From: Guillardia theta CCMP2712
Lineage: Eukaryota; Protista; Cryptophyta
Direction: 5' to 3'
DNA: 64,000 nt
Assembly (NCBI RefSeq): GCF_000315625.1
Contig: NW_005434644.1
Coordinates: 378,973-442,972, forward strand
In this document: in pieces, positions 39,060 through 52,559 of the stretch
Layout of the letters: each line of letters starts with the position of its first letter
How positions within the stretch are numbered: the first letter of the stretch is position 1
Notes under the pieces: generated by a model
Told to the model about the DNA's origin: nothing
Databases searched by the model: none
Seen by the model: the letters and a program-made list of their open reading frames with translations, nothing else
Made by a program: the position numbers and the translations under genes

Positions 39060-42000
39060 ACGCTCACAAGAAACGCCGTGAGCCCTCGTTGATGTTGGTG
39101 ACTGAGCAGAGCTCGAAGGTCGTGCAGTCTAGCCCTCGCTGCCAGAACGCTCGTCAGGTCATCGCCAAGGCAAGAGCTGCTCGTGTAGCTATCGCGTGCT
39201 CTCTCCTCCCTCTTCACTTCCACTGCGCCTGAACTGCCACGCTGCTGGTTCCTCATCCGAGTTGCTCTACCAACCCAGCAAACATGTCCATGCCACGTTC
39301 TTCACTCCTCCACACATCTCTACTTCACACCTCCTTCCCGTCAAATACTCTCATCTCCCACCTCCAGCTTGTGCTCGTGGACCGTGACAACGACGCTCGA
39401 GCCCGGGAAGAAAGTTTCGCTCCCGCACTGGCTCTCTTCCTGCCTCCATCGTGCAGGGAGCAACCAGGAATGGGACCCACGAGACTGGTCGGGTCCTCGA
39501 GCACCGATCTGATGGCGACGTCGTTGAAGGTGGAGACCGAAGGAGGCGGCAGACAAGCCTGCGGCAAGCAGGTGAGCAAGACTGCAAGATCGAGAAGGAG
39601 GAAGCATGGGAACAACACGGCTCCAGGAGCACAGCACACGTCAAGTCCAGGCTTGCAGGAGAGCATTGGGGGGTCAAGACACAGCGGTGAAGGTGCTGGG
39701 GCATACCGTAGGAGGATCCTCTCGTCAAGATCCACCCGCTGTCAGCTGCTGCAAGACAAAACCACTCGGCCACTACCCTCACGTGTCGCTCTAGGAATCC
39801 AAGTCAGCGCCTGCCGTGTGCTCCCCCCCATCCCAGCTTCCTCCTCCTCCTCCTCCTCCTCCGTCTCCTCCGTCTCATTACCGAGTTGTCGGTCTAGCGA
39901 CTCGTCCGACTTGAGCTCTGAGCATGAAACAACAAGTGAGAAACCTGACTGTCCTTGATTTCATCTCATGAATCTCATGAGTGTCTGTGCTCTGCTGCTC
40001 TGCTGCTCTCCCCCTCTCCTCCTCCTTTTCCCTCCCATGTCCTCATCTCTTGCCACAGCTCAACCATGCATCTGCTCCGACACTCTGCCCACCAGCGCTG
40101 TGAGTTGCGTTCCACGAGTTGACTATGACGGGCAGGCGGTGGGCAGCGACTCGTCCCTTCATCTCCGGGCTCCCACCACAATGTCAGCACGAGCTCAACC
40201 TGCTCCACCAGCACCTGTCGCTTGCAAGGAAGATGAAACCGGAACATCTCGATCCGCTCGAGAAGCAGCTGGACATCAGGTTGACCATTCTCAGCTGCCC
40301 CTCTTCCCTCAGGGCGAACATCCCCCGAGGTGACGAGCCTTGGCTTCTACTCAGCTCCTCCCTGTCCTCCTCCTCCCCACTCACCACTTGGGTCCCAGTC
40401 GCCGGAGAGGCGGGCATGCGCTCCCAGATAGCTGAGAGAGCTGCATGGCCAAGTCTTGATACCCCTTGCCGGGCTGAGAATCTCATCGAGAGCTGCTGCC
40501 TCATCAGCATCCATGCCAGCATGAGAGAGATCAAGTATGGAACAGGAGGAGCAGGAGGAGCAGGAGGAGCAGGAGGAGAAAGAAGGCACCTGCTAGCACT
40601 CTCTCGGAAGGATGAATGAGAGAAGCGAGCAGTTGTCCGACTGCATCAAGATACTGATGGGGAAGCAGGCTGATGATCTGGAGCCACTCTTTTAGATCAC
40701 TCACTCCCCTCCCTCTCCCTCTTACATTCCCTTCCCCCCAAACCCATCCCCTCCTCTTCTTCTCGCTCTCTCTGTCTCCCTCCCTCCCTCGCCGTCGCCC
40801 TTGCGCTGCTCCTCGAGTCCCGAGTCCCTCTCATCCAACTCTCCTCCTCGTCCTCACTCTCCACATTTACGTGACTTCTGCTGAGCCTTGAGTGACGGTA
40901 GATGATGCGAGGGAGAGATCTGAGGCCGAAACGACTGCAAGACCGCAATGCCGTCAGCAGCTCCCACGACGAGCAGGAGAAGTACAGGGAGAGAACCCTG
41001 CTGTTGGTGTCCAGTCCCTCCTCACAAGCTGCGCTCAGCTTCTTCTGGTGCAGACAGCGAGACAGGTCCGGCATGACAACCGCGTCCTCCTCCTCCTCTG
41101 CCCAGCTCTGCAACGATGGCCCGTCAGCATGGGACAAGACTCGCTCTGGCTGGTGTATGCCGCTCACCAGCAGACGCTGCAGGTTCTCCTCCACCGCAAG
41201 GTCCACGAGGACGTTCGCTCTAGGGACGAGGGACCGAATTTCTCTCCCTCTCCCCCATCGAGCAGCTCCTTTCTCCTCTCGGAGCCCGTTTCCGATGAAG
41301 TGGCTAAGGGGAAAGGGACGAGTCCAGTTCACTACTAGGGCGCGGTCAGTGACCATGGCGAGCAGGAGGCAAGCAGCCAAATCGAGCATCCGGTTGCCCC
41401 AGCCATAGTCAGGAGGAGTGTAGACGAGGATCCTCGCATACGAGCTTGTCTCTGCCTTGCCCTCCAGGACCAGCTTCATGATTCCATCATGCACACGAAC
41501 ATACTCCTCCAACTGTTCCTCGAGAGTCCCAAGTTGCCTCTGCTGGTAGACTCGCCCCTCCTGCCGCTCTGCCTCTCCCTCCTCTCCCGCCCTCCTCTTG
41601 CAGACCTCCAGCTCTCCCTCCTCTCGACTCCAACGGACCGCATCGACTCGGAAGCCAACGATCGCAGGAGGAGCAGCAGGCGCCTCAACCCCTTCCTCGT
41701 CCACCAGACTCACGCTGAGGTAGTGGGAGCCGATCCCGAGCATGCGCCACGGGAGGGTCACGACGACCCTTGTGCTCCACCATCGCATGCGACGAGCGTC
41801 TGCCTCCTCTCCCTCCCTCACCAATCGGCCGTCAAGTCTCACAACAGCATGCAGGGCCCCGCTGCCCATAGCCACGTTGTGGAGCTCAGCGACAGCCGTC
41901 AGTCCTCCATGCTCAACCTCACCCGGTCTGCAGGGCAGAGCGAAGGTGGAGCCATGGACAGGATGAGTGATGCGAACTTCAGCGAGTGCGGCCATAGTCT

Positions 42001-43600
42001 TCAGACCATCCCAGCTGCTGTAGAGAGAACCTCGGCGTTGGTTCCCTCCCACAATCCCACTCATTCCGCTCCCATCCGCCGCCTTCCCCACCCCACTTAC
42101 CATCTCAACCTCCGTCCTCGCATCAGCTACGAGCTCGGCTGCCGCTTGGTCGAACGACTGAGAGGACCCAGCGGACCGCGGGAGGACGAGCAGACTGATA
42201 TGGATAGAGCAACGTCCAGCCTCTTTGACAAGCAGAGGGATTTCGAGCGAGCAGCTAGAGGAGACTTCTCCTACGATAGAGTCGTTGACAGCAATGCGAA
42301 ACAAACTGAATCTGCCGTCCCCCAAGCACGGAGAGGATCTCAGGACAAGCATGAAGTTCATGGTTGGCGCGTTTAGGACCGCCTTGCTGCTGTTCAACGA
42401 GACAAGTGGGATCGTCCTGCTCTTGCGATGATGGCGAGGGCTGGGAACTTCCCTGACAGAGAAACAAGACAAGCGATGAGGATGGAGGATCTGAATCCTG
42501 TAAGATGATCGCGCGACTGCCTGACCCCCACTATCCTTAGGCTCCACGCGCTCGTCATTCAACGTTGCCTTCCATGCTGCTTCTGACGAAATTTGAAACC
42601 AGACAGAGCGGAGGAGAAGAGGATTCGAACTCCAAGCTCGAGGAAGAGAATGATTGCAAACTGCTCCTGTCCAAGACACGAGAGCAATCTCCACCTGAAG
42701 ATCCAATTTGTTAGAGTAAGTTGCATAGAACAAGCATAATGAATCGGGATAAGAGTAAGATAAATCATCTTGCATGGTTCAGCGGTGCAAACTCTCAGCA
42801 GGAACATCAAAAAGTTGCAGCAACATGTTGTACAGCATCAATATGAGAGCAACATCGGACAGCAGCGTTCGATGTACCTTTCTCCATCCCTCCGTCAAGC
42901 AGGCTTGCTGCAGCATGAGCTGAAGGATGTCGAACTCGACCTCGTCAGGACTCAGCAAGAGCTCGTTGACCCCAGGAGGGGACAGCGAGCAGCTCGAATC
43001 CTTGCCAGCAGTCGTGACCCGCACGTGCGCTCGATGCTCCCCGACCCCCAGGGAAACCCCCGCAAAGCTAAAGGAGAGCATGAGCGCGTGCCCTGCTGAC
43101 GTCATCCTTGCAAGGTGACTGGGAGGCGGTAGAATCGTTCCGTTCTCGGGCGCTAACAGGAGCAGCGAGGGTCTCTCAGGTGCTGTAGGTGAGGCAGCTC
43201 CTCCGATGCAAGCACAGACGCATGCTGCTGAAGGATCCCCCTCCTCCTGCTCTGACCTCGTAGCGTGAAAGAGATGCTCGCCTGTCAAGCTACGTGGGAT
43301 GGTCATGGTGATTGCTGGCTTGCCTGGGAGCCGAACAAACTCCCTGCCGTCGATGCGAATCAGCACTTCCTCTCCCCGAGTCTCCCCGCCCAAGTGAATC
43401 ACCATGTAGGACCCCGCCTTGACCGTAGTCGCATGCAGAGGAAGGGAAATCTTAGTTGTGCGATCCGCTGACACTGGGCTACAAGTCTCGGGGGCGTCTA
43501 GACAGCACAGGGGGCCTTCGGTCGATTGAAGTTGCTCATCGTGAGCAAGGCAAAGTGTCGCGATGAAGACGACGAAGTTGACCGCAGGCCTGCTACTCAT
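39060..43600 (-). CDS. Secreted multi-exon alpha-fucosyltransferase-like protein (GT23/GT37-like) with long N-terminal beta-rich repeats
   Basis: Signal peptide MSSRPAVNFVVFIATLCLA. YTPPDYGWGNRMLDLAACLLLAMVTDRALVVNW, then IFLASD and STFNDVA. The 3' end is approximate. Confidence 0.65.
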
Positions 43601-44705
43601 GGTGGGAATTCAGAGACTTCGATTTGTTTTGATAGATTGGCGATGTCTTGTTGAAGACCTTCTGCCTCTGTCTCTGTTGTCCGCGAGCATCTCCTGTGAT
43701 CTTTGTGCACCATCTGATAACGATGTCTCGTCACATCTGAGAACTACCAAAGTTGTATGTATCCTAAACTTATCCTTGTCTCCCTTTCTCCGCTTCTCTC
43801 CTCCTTCTCCTCTCGTCCTCTCCTGATCTCGTCCTCTCGTCCTCTCGTCCTCTCCTGATCTCCTCCTCTCCTGATATCCTCTTCTCCTCCTCTTCCCCTC
43901 TCTCTCCTCTCTTTCTCGCTCTCCTGCCATGTTGGATCCCAATGGGCGGAACGGACTGAACTTTGTTCTGCAGAAGGAACAGCCAAATGTTCCTTCTAGG
44001 GGATGCTGCCACGGATTAGGCAGCTGGGGGTGACGTCACGTTTCCTAACTAAGAAGGGCTGCCTCAGAGTTATTTGTAACTAATTTTAAAAGGCAGCAAA
44101 TTTTTCAGAGAAGGTGCTGCAGAGAATCTTTTCTGCCCTGGAGCTAAGACATTGAGGGGGACTGGAAACTTGTAAGTTGAGTAGAAATCAAAGGGGTTAC
44201 TTCCATGGCGTTCTGCGGGCATATCAGAACAGGAGGGCGAGGGAGAGTGGCGGCGGTGGGAGCGATGGCAGCGGGAAGAACGCGAGGAGGAGATCCAGGA
44301 CAGGGAGAGCATGTACACAGACAGGAGCAAGTGATTGTGAGAGGAGGAGTGTGTAGCACGGGCACGAAACGGAGCGAAATAAGGAGGGGGTGTAGATGAA
44401 GGCGGGAGGGAAACATCGCTCGAGAGAGAGGGATAAAGGTTGAAGTGACAGGCTGCATGTTGAAACAATCAGTTCTGTTCGTTCTGCGCCACTGCTTTCC
44501 TCCATCAGTGGTTTGTTTGTGGTGGCGATGACTGAGGATGTCGAATAGTGAGCATATGCTCCCTACCCCGTTCTCGTTCTAAAATGCGTGTTTGGATCCC
44601 ATCCTTCCCCATTGTTTTTAGCTTTACTACAACATAAAGAATATATCACCTGCTCTACATGCTCGACGTGGTGACCTCTTGTGCAGGAGGAAGCGATTGT
44701 TTAGG

Positions 44706-46906
44706 ATGCCAGATCCAAAACAGAACGAAAAGCTGGTGCAGAAGATACGCGACGTTGCACGCGCGCATGGTCGAGTTTGTGCGGACTGCAATGAAAAGGT
44801 AAGATGGATGAAGAATGAATCTGATTGATTTGATTGACTGGGAGTGCGGCAGTTTCCGGGTCAGGTGTGCATGGATTTCAAGACATTTGTTTGTATGACT
44901 TGCAGCGGCATTCATCGAGAGTAAGTGTTTACCTTGCTGATCGCTTCCTGCTCCTGCTTGTCTATTCGACTTTTATCTTAGCCCGTGTTGCTCCGCTGGC
45001 ATTGCCTGATGCCTCTCCGTGCAGGTTTCAGCACAAGTGCAAGGGGATTTCTCTCAGCAACTGGACCAAGGAAGAAGTTGCAGCGATCGAGCAAGGCGGG
45101 AACACCAAGGCGCAAGAGGAGTGGATGGCGTGCTGGAGTGAGAAGGACTTCCCAATACCCGAATCTGGAGACAAGGAGAGGATCCGGACCTTCATACAGA
45201 AGAAGTACGTCGATAGAAAGTGGCACATCTCGCGCAAGCGTGGTTCGCCCAATCCAGAGCCCATCTCCAACATTCTGCCCGAAGAGCCCAAGGTCAGTCC
45301 TTGTCCTTGCCCCAAGAAGCTGATCTCCCGTGTAGCTGATTGTCAACAAGGCTGCGGCACCCACTAAGGCCCCGCCGCCTCTGCCCTCTCAGCCCCCTCC
45401 TCCTGCAGTGAAGCCCTCAATGTCGCAGAGCAGCAGCCTTCCTCCTTCACGACCTCCGCCTCCCTCCCCTCCCAAGAAATTGACGTCGTCGCCGAATACC
45501 AAATACCTCAACGACTCCAGCCCTAGCAAGGACTTGTCGGGCCTCCTCGGAGCGCTAGACATCGGAAATGACAATGACGCCTTCAACAACAAATTTTCGA
45601 TGCAGCCAACACCAGCTGTTGCAGGAGCAGGAAGCAACCCTTTCGCCGATCTCGATGACAACGAGCCCGTGTCCACGGGCTGGGCATCGTTTGCATCAGA
45701 AGACACGTGGGCAGAGGGTGAGAGCTTTCGTCTTCATTCTGCAAGATTTCTGAGCCACTGCCAGGAACAACTGTCAGTCAAAATTGGGCTACCTTCGAGA
45801 CGACTGACCATGCAGAGCCTGGCCTGCATGTCGAAGTTAACAGCAACATGGGCTCATCCTTGAACCCTTTCGGAGATCCTTCACCTGTAAAGGCACCGAC
45901 CAAGGCAAATGTCAGTTTCGCCCTGAAACCTGTACTTAGCATCTAATATTTGTCCGACATGTGCAGTTTGCAGACCCGTTTTCAGACCTCCTCGCTGCCG
46001 ACAACATCGCAACGGCTCCGAATCCCCATCACATGTATGCAGGTCACTTGATGCAAACGTCTTCAACAAGATCGGTCTGGTGACATGATGAGCCAGGAAA
46101 TCAAGGTGGAGTAGCTGTAAATTTCTCAAGCGGAGCGTCCAACAATCAGCCTGCGCTGAATCAAATTCAGGGTTTGCATTCTGCAGCTTCAGGTCAGCAG
46201 ATGCATGGTGCTTGAATTTCTGATGATTCTGCCGCGAATGACTAACGATTTCCTTTTATTAGATATGTTGTCCCACCAAGCGCACACATGTCAGTACCTG
46301 TTGTTATCCAGGAGTGTTTCTAAGTTTTTGGCAGCGGCTGAAGTTGGCCTTCACTCTAGTGGGTTGATGGGATCGATGATGAACTCTTCATTCTCCCACG
46401 CGCTCGAAGATTTGAATCAATTTCATTCTACGACCTCTGGAATGAAGCCATCGACGGTTAGAGCTTCTCGATATGCAAAGGATACATTTGAATTCTGATT
46501 TCCACCTGTAGGAACCAATATCGTCGGTCTCAGAACATCATCCTTTGCAGCAACCACATCATGATACGAGCAAGCCATCGAATGCATTTGACTTGGCGTT
46601 GAGTCAAAGTGGACCAACCAACATGAATCAGGGCATGGGCATGACTGCTATGAATTCAGGTGCCTTTAATGGCTTGTCCACTGCTGCACATCCTCCCGCT
46701 GGTATGCCGCAACAAGGCTTCGCTATGGGACAAGGCATGAACCCCGGCATGATGGGAATGAACTCAAGCCAAGGAATGGGCGTGGCTCTCAACAATGATG
46801 TTGGCATTGGGCAGGGCATGATGGGGCAGACCGGTATGGGAATGGGAATGGGACAGACAAATGTGAACATGGGCATGGGCATGGGGCAGAACACGATGGG
46901 GCAGAA

Positions 46907-46946
<40 letters not shown>

Positions 46947-47628
46947 GGACAGAACATGGGTATGGGCATGGGGCAAGGTACGATGAGCATGGGGCAGAAT
47001 AACATGGGAATGGGAATGGGAATGGGGCAGAACATGATGGGGATGGGGCAGAACATGATGGGGATGGGGCAGAATAATATGGGCATGGGGATGGGGCAGA
47101 ACATGATGGGGATGGGGCAGAATAACATGGGCATGGGCATGGGGCAAGGTATGATGGGCATGGGGCAGAATAATATGGGCATGGGCATGGGGCAGAACAT
47201 GATGGGGATGGGGCAGAATAATATGGGCATGGGCATGGGCATGGGCATGGGAGGAAACATTGGATACCAGCCCCAAACGTACATGGGAATGAATGCCCCA
47301 CATCATGGATACAACGTGCAGAGCATGACCATGAATCCGATGCAAGTCGCAGGCCAACATGGAGGGGCTTTCACGAATCATGCAACAGGCGACATGTTTG
47401 ACAATGTGCACACCGATGGAGGCCCAGGGAACAATGTCCATGATCAAAGTAATGAAGTGAGCCGAGCAGAAGAAGAAGCAAAACCTGACTTGTTTGCCGG
47501 GTAAGATCAAAGAAAAGAAACGTTCCCAGTTGTGATTACTTTTCCACAGATTCGGGGATTTGTCCAAGTTCAAAAAGGTCAGTTCAGTTCACACGCAGAA
47601 AGCTTCAGATAATCCATTTGACTTCTGA
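44706..47628 (+). CDS. ArfGAP-domain protein (AGFG-like) with Met/Gly-rich low-complexity tail
   Basis: CADCNEK|FPGQVCMDFKTFVCMTCSGIHRE|FQHKCKGISLSNWTKEEV...GGNTKA...FIQKKYVDRKW. Several NPF motifs, ending in DNPFDF*. Confidence 0.92.
46800..47255 (+). repeat. Coding GMGMGQN(N/M)M repeat array
   Basis: ATGGGC / GGGCAGAA(C/T) repeats in ORF 46545-47504. Confidence 0.95.
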
Positions 47629-48286
47629 GTGGTCTTCAGCCGTGAACACTTTCCAGATAGCCACACTTGTACAATGTTGCTGCTAGCTCGTGATACAGAT
47701 GAGTTCAGATTCATTTTTCTATGAGTTATATAGTTTTCTAAGCATCGAGCAACGACTGTCTCTCTAAAATTACCTGGTTGATCAGAGACCTGAGTCAGCT
47801 CCTCAACGGTTGAGTACACATATGCTCACTCTATGAGTGCCCTCACTGCAGGTGGCAAAGATCCAGGCTGACCCAGACCCTGGGGTTCGAGTCCAGGAAA
47901 CCTAGATCGCCATCAGTTTCAAAAAGCACAACTTACAGCTCAAAGTCACTGACAGATCATGGGTGTCGTGGCTGGCGTCGGCCTGAAAGAGCACGTGAGG
48001 ATTAGGAATCAAGCAAGGCCATCGAAGTTACCAAGGAGTATTTGGATGTCGCCGACGTATCGCACAAGTTGTTCAGTTGGTACTGAGGGAGCCCAGAGTT
48101 CGAAACAGCAACGCTGAAATAATCCTGGTTAGCGATTTTGAGCCATAAATGCTTAGACTCTACTTTCAGAGCCTGGCTAACAATCTACTTCTGAAAAGGC
48201 AACTGAGCTAGCCACGCCTACATGTCGCCAGCGATAGGCAACGACTCTGCCTTGTGCAGACACTGACACGAAGCAGATTATGCCAC

Positions 48287-51200
48287 ATGTTCTTCAATCT
48301 TCTCGTCGCCTCTGTCGTTCTCTCCTCTCCGTCCCATTACACGACGACAGAGCCTTTGTCGCAGGAATTCATACGATCCTCCCCTTCCAAGAGCTCCTTC
48401 ACTATCTCCCTGCTTCAATCTTTTCCCGCCGGTCTAGATGCTCTAAGGGACACCTCTCTCCGCTCCTCGTTCTGTCTCTCTGTGCCTCCTCACCTGCATG
48501 CGCCGACCGCAGGCTTCTGCCCGGCCCTGAGGAGCTGAAACATGGCGGCGTCCCGAAATAGCAGATCGTTACTCCCCATGGTTAATTTTGTAACGTCTTC
48601 TCACCCGCAACAAACGGCCTTGTAACCGTCCGCGTTCAGTCCGTTGCATGTTGCGAGAGTTACAAGACGTTGCAACCAGAAATAGATTTTGGCGTGCTAC
48701 AATTAGCAATGGTGGGTGGGAAGGCAACCAGGTGCTGAATGCGGAGCGCAGGCTTGCTTGGCTTGTGTTGGACTCCCCTCTCGTCTCTACTTGTCTCTAC
48801 TCGCTCATAGCAGGCTCTGTGAGGAGAAGATCCGGTAGATTACTGTGCTTCCTTCTGTCCCTGCGATTGCATCCACGGTCTCCAGGATGTCGATGCGGGC
48901 AGATAGCGAGGTGTCTTCTCGAGAAACGTCTCCGTCATCGGAGAATGCTTCCAAGACGGGGAAAAAGATCCTCTTTCTCACCAATCGGATCGGCTCTTAC
49001 AACGGTTCGTCAGCCAGCGGCAGTGCAATGCGAGAAAAGTTGTTTGCAGTACTCTCCCAGGAAGGGTACGACATGAAGGTCTTTGCTGCCGGGACGAGTG
49101 ACAAGGCGGACGTTGAGATCACAGACTATAGCCCCATGCTCTTCCCCTCTTTGCGGACGCTCAAGGGGATCTGGGACCTGGTCGCCGACTCAGATCTTTT
49201 GGTGATCTCTGGTAGCTACACGCCCTGTACATTGTTTGGCCTTGGAATGGCGAGGATGAAGGGGATCCGAAGCTTAGTCATCTTCACGACTGACAGTGAT
49301 AAAGTTGCTCGCAAGTATTTCTCTGGGTTGAAGCTTCAGTGCTGCTGGTGGTTGTACAGCTTGTCGGATCGGTTGACGGCAGCGCTGGCCATGAGGTCGT
49401 ATGCCGTCAACTCTGAGTTCTGCAAGAAGCTGCACAAGACGCATGGCATAGCGACCAACGGGGTCATCGACCAGAGCGACTTGCACGTCCTCTGCAACTG
49501 CATCACCTACGACTCCTCTGAGGAAATCTCTCGCTGCCGTGAGATGCTCTCTGGCGGGAAGCCGCACCTGCCCCTCTTGCTTTATGTCGGCCCGTGGACC
49601 ACGGAGAGCAGGATCGAGCTGCTGGCCATGAATAGACCTCACGGAGTCGTGCTGGCGATCGTGGGGGATGATGATGACTCGGCGTACTGCCAGCACGTGG
49701 AGGAGCTGCACGACCCGACTCACGGGATCGTTTGCCTGAGGGGTAAGGAGCTCTTCAACAGACGGAGGATTCTTTACAAGGCTGCGGATCTCTTTGTTGC
49801 TGCCTCAACCGAAGAGAGGTGCGAGATCTTCGTGCGTGAATCTCTAGTCTGCGGCACCCCAGGTGAGAATGGCGCTTGTGATGCTTTGAAGCTGCCTTCG
49901 CTGACACTTAGTGCTAGTTGTTGTCCAATCGTCGAGTGCCTGCTTCAACCAGGTCGACTGCGGCCTACAGGGATTTCTTGTTGAATGGTCGAACGTGAAG
50001 GATGTGGAGTCTTCCATCAAGAAGGCTCTGAACTTCACGCACAAAGTGACCCCTAACGACTCCCAGGGGTCCCAAGGGATCGAAATCATTCACGAGATTC
50101 TTGAGAGTCCGAGGCCCAACTCCCTTCCAAGAAATTTTTCGCAGATGTGGATGACGTTCAGCTGGTCGCTGAGGGTCCCATTTCTTGTGTTGCTCACTGC
50201 CCTGTACATGATCTTTCCCTCCATGTGGCCTCGGGCGTCTCGGAGTGACGACTGTGAGATGGATCGGCTACAGGAACCGACCGGTGACGATGGTCTCGGG
50301 TTTGAAGCTGCAATGGATGTGAAAGATAGGAAACCACATTCTCTGGGAGAGAGATACGGCCTGGTGCTGATCAGCAGCTTGTTCCTGATGGTCGGTTTCC
50401 TCCTGTCGCTGACGATCATCGTGTTTGCGGTTGGTTATTTCAGTGGAAACACTTTGCTCGCAAACTTGCAGACTCCTTCACTAGGGGATATGTATCCTCC
50501 TCGCCACGATCGTACCTTGATCGGACAGCAAGGAATGTCGCTATCCTATCATAGCAAGCTCCAAATCAACGAGCCGAACGACAGCCTCTCTTACAAGGAG
50601 GATGCAGAGGAGCGCGGGACCGATGAAAGGAGAGCTCGCTCTTGGAACCTGTCGTTTATCGCTCCCTCCAATGCTCAACAACTTTTCTTGGGAGGAGTTG
50701 ACCTCTACGTCCTACTGGGGGCCCTTGTATGTGGTTATCTGTGCGGTAGATGGAGGAGGAAGGTGGAGAAGCAAGTGTGCTACGTCAAGGATGAGAGTCA
50801 CCTGGAGGGAAAGTGCCCATGGGAACTGATGCGCGCTTCAGGGGAGGACAGGAGAATCTGGATCTTTGACACGACTCTGAGAGATGGAGGACAGACAATG
50901 GGGATCGACTTCTCGTGCTCTGACAAGCGAGAGCTTTCCCGGGCCCTCGACGAGTTTGGCGTCGACTACATCGAAGCAGGCTGGCCAGGGGCAAACCCAA
51001 CGGACGATGCTTTCTTTGCGGACCCGCCAGAGCTGGGCTCAGCCAAGCTGGTGGCATTTGGGATGACGAGGAGGAAGGGGGTGTCTGCGAAGGAGGACGG
51101 GGTTCTGCAGTCGGTGATCAAGGGGAAGTCGCACGCGGTCTGCTTGTTCGGGAAGACTTGGGACTTTCACGTTCAGGAAGCGCTCAAGGTGAGCTTGGAG

Positions 51201-52403
51201 GAGAACCTCAACATGATCAGAGAATCGATTGCGGCAGTGAGAGAGGAGGGGAAGGAAGCCATGTTCGACTGCGAGCACTTCTTCGATGGCTTCAAGGCCA
51301 ACCCAACCTACGCGGTTGCGTGCGCGCGAGCTGCATGGGAGGCAGGAGCGAGCTGGGTGGTCCTGTGCGACACCAATGGGGGCAGCATGCCAGAGGAAGT
51401 TTATCAGATCGTCCTGCAGGTCAAGGAGGAGGTAGAGGGGGTGCGGCTGGGGATCCACTGCCATAACGACTGCGGGCTGGCAGTCGCCAACTCGCTGGCG
51501 GCAGTCGCAGGAGGAGCGCGGCAGGTGCAGGGGACGATCAACGGGATCGGAGAGAGATGCGGGAACGCGGACCTGGTGACAGTGATGGCGAACCTGATGC
51601 TCAAGTTCGACTTCGAGACCGGGGTGGAGAGGTCAAGGATGAAGGAACTGCGGAAGATCTCGAGGCTCCTTGACGAGAGGCTGAGCAGGGAGCCGAGCAG
51701 GCAGGCGCCCTACGTCGGAGTCGCGGCCTTCGCGCACAAGGGAGGGGTGCACGCGTCAGCAGCGGAGAAGGACCCGCGCACGTACGAGCATGTGTCGCCG
51801 GAGCTGGTGGGGAACGAGAGGATCTTCGTGGTGTCGAACCAGGCGGGTCGAGCCAGCATGATGGCGAGGCTGAGGGAGCTGGGGATAGAGGTGGAGGCAG
51901 GGAGCAAGGTGGTGGACGTGCTGATCAAGGAGGTGAAGGACAAGGAGTTCAGGGGATGGACGTTCGACACGGCGGAAGCGAGCTTCGAGGTGCTTGCGAG
52001 GAAGAGGCTCGGCCTCCTCCCCGAGCTCTTCGACCTCCTCAGTTACCGTCTGCATGAGAGCCGGGAGGAAGAGGGAGAATCGCTCGTCTCAGTCTCCGTC
52101 GCGCTCCTGGTGGCGGGAGAGAGGAGGAGCGCGAGCGGCTGCGGACGAGACTCTCTCCTAGCCCTCGAGAAAGCGATGCTGGAGGCTCTCAGACAAGACT
52201 TTGCCCTGCTCCTCGAGGGCTTGTGCGTGACCGACGTGCGTGTGCGGCTCAGGCAGCAGGGGGGCGGGAAGGAGGAGGAGGTTCGCGTGTCGCTGTGCTG
52301 CCATGGCAGAAGGGGGCCGTCCAGGACCATTGGGGTGTCGCACAACTCGAGCTCGGCCTTCCTGGCCGCGTTGGAGGACGCGATCAAGTGGCAGCTGCTC
52401 TAA
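48287..52403 (+). CDS. GT4 glycosyltransferase + membrane segments + citramalate synthase (CimA/LeuA family) fusion
   Basis: GT4 (SQD2-like MLSGGKPHLPLLLYVG...YKAADLFV...ESLVCGTP) splices through intron ~49863-49917 into the uninterrupted ORF 49911-52403. That ORF contains IFDTTLRDGGQ, EAGWPGANPTD, DCEHFFDG, GIHCHND, GERCGNADL and AFAHKGGVH. The start is uncertain (48287 or 48887). Confidence 0.8.
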
Positions 52404-52559
52404 GAGGGAGGGAGGAGATGGATTGTTTGAATAAATGTTATTCGAGGTCAAAAAATGTCTTCGTCTTGAATGCTGAGGAAGTTTTCGCCTGCTTTCCCTT
52501 TCCCTTTTCCTGTGAAGCCTCCTCTGCTTCTTCTCCATCTCCTTCCTCTTCCCCTTCCT

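Noticed and set aside
44031-44038. TGACGTCA CRE-like palindrome between divergent genes
   Set aside because: A single 8-mer is expected by chance in 64 kb.
46628-47573. Minus-strand Cys/Pro- and His-rich ORFs
   Set aside because: They are shadows of the ATGGGC repeat in the ArfGAP exon.
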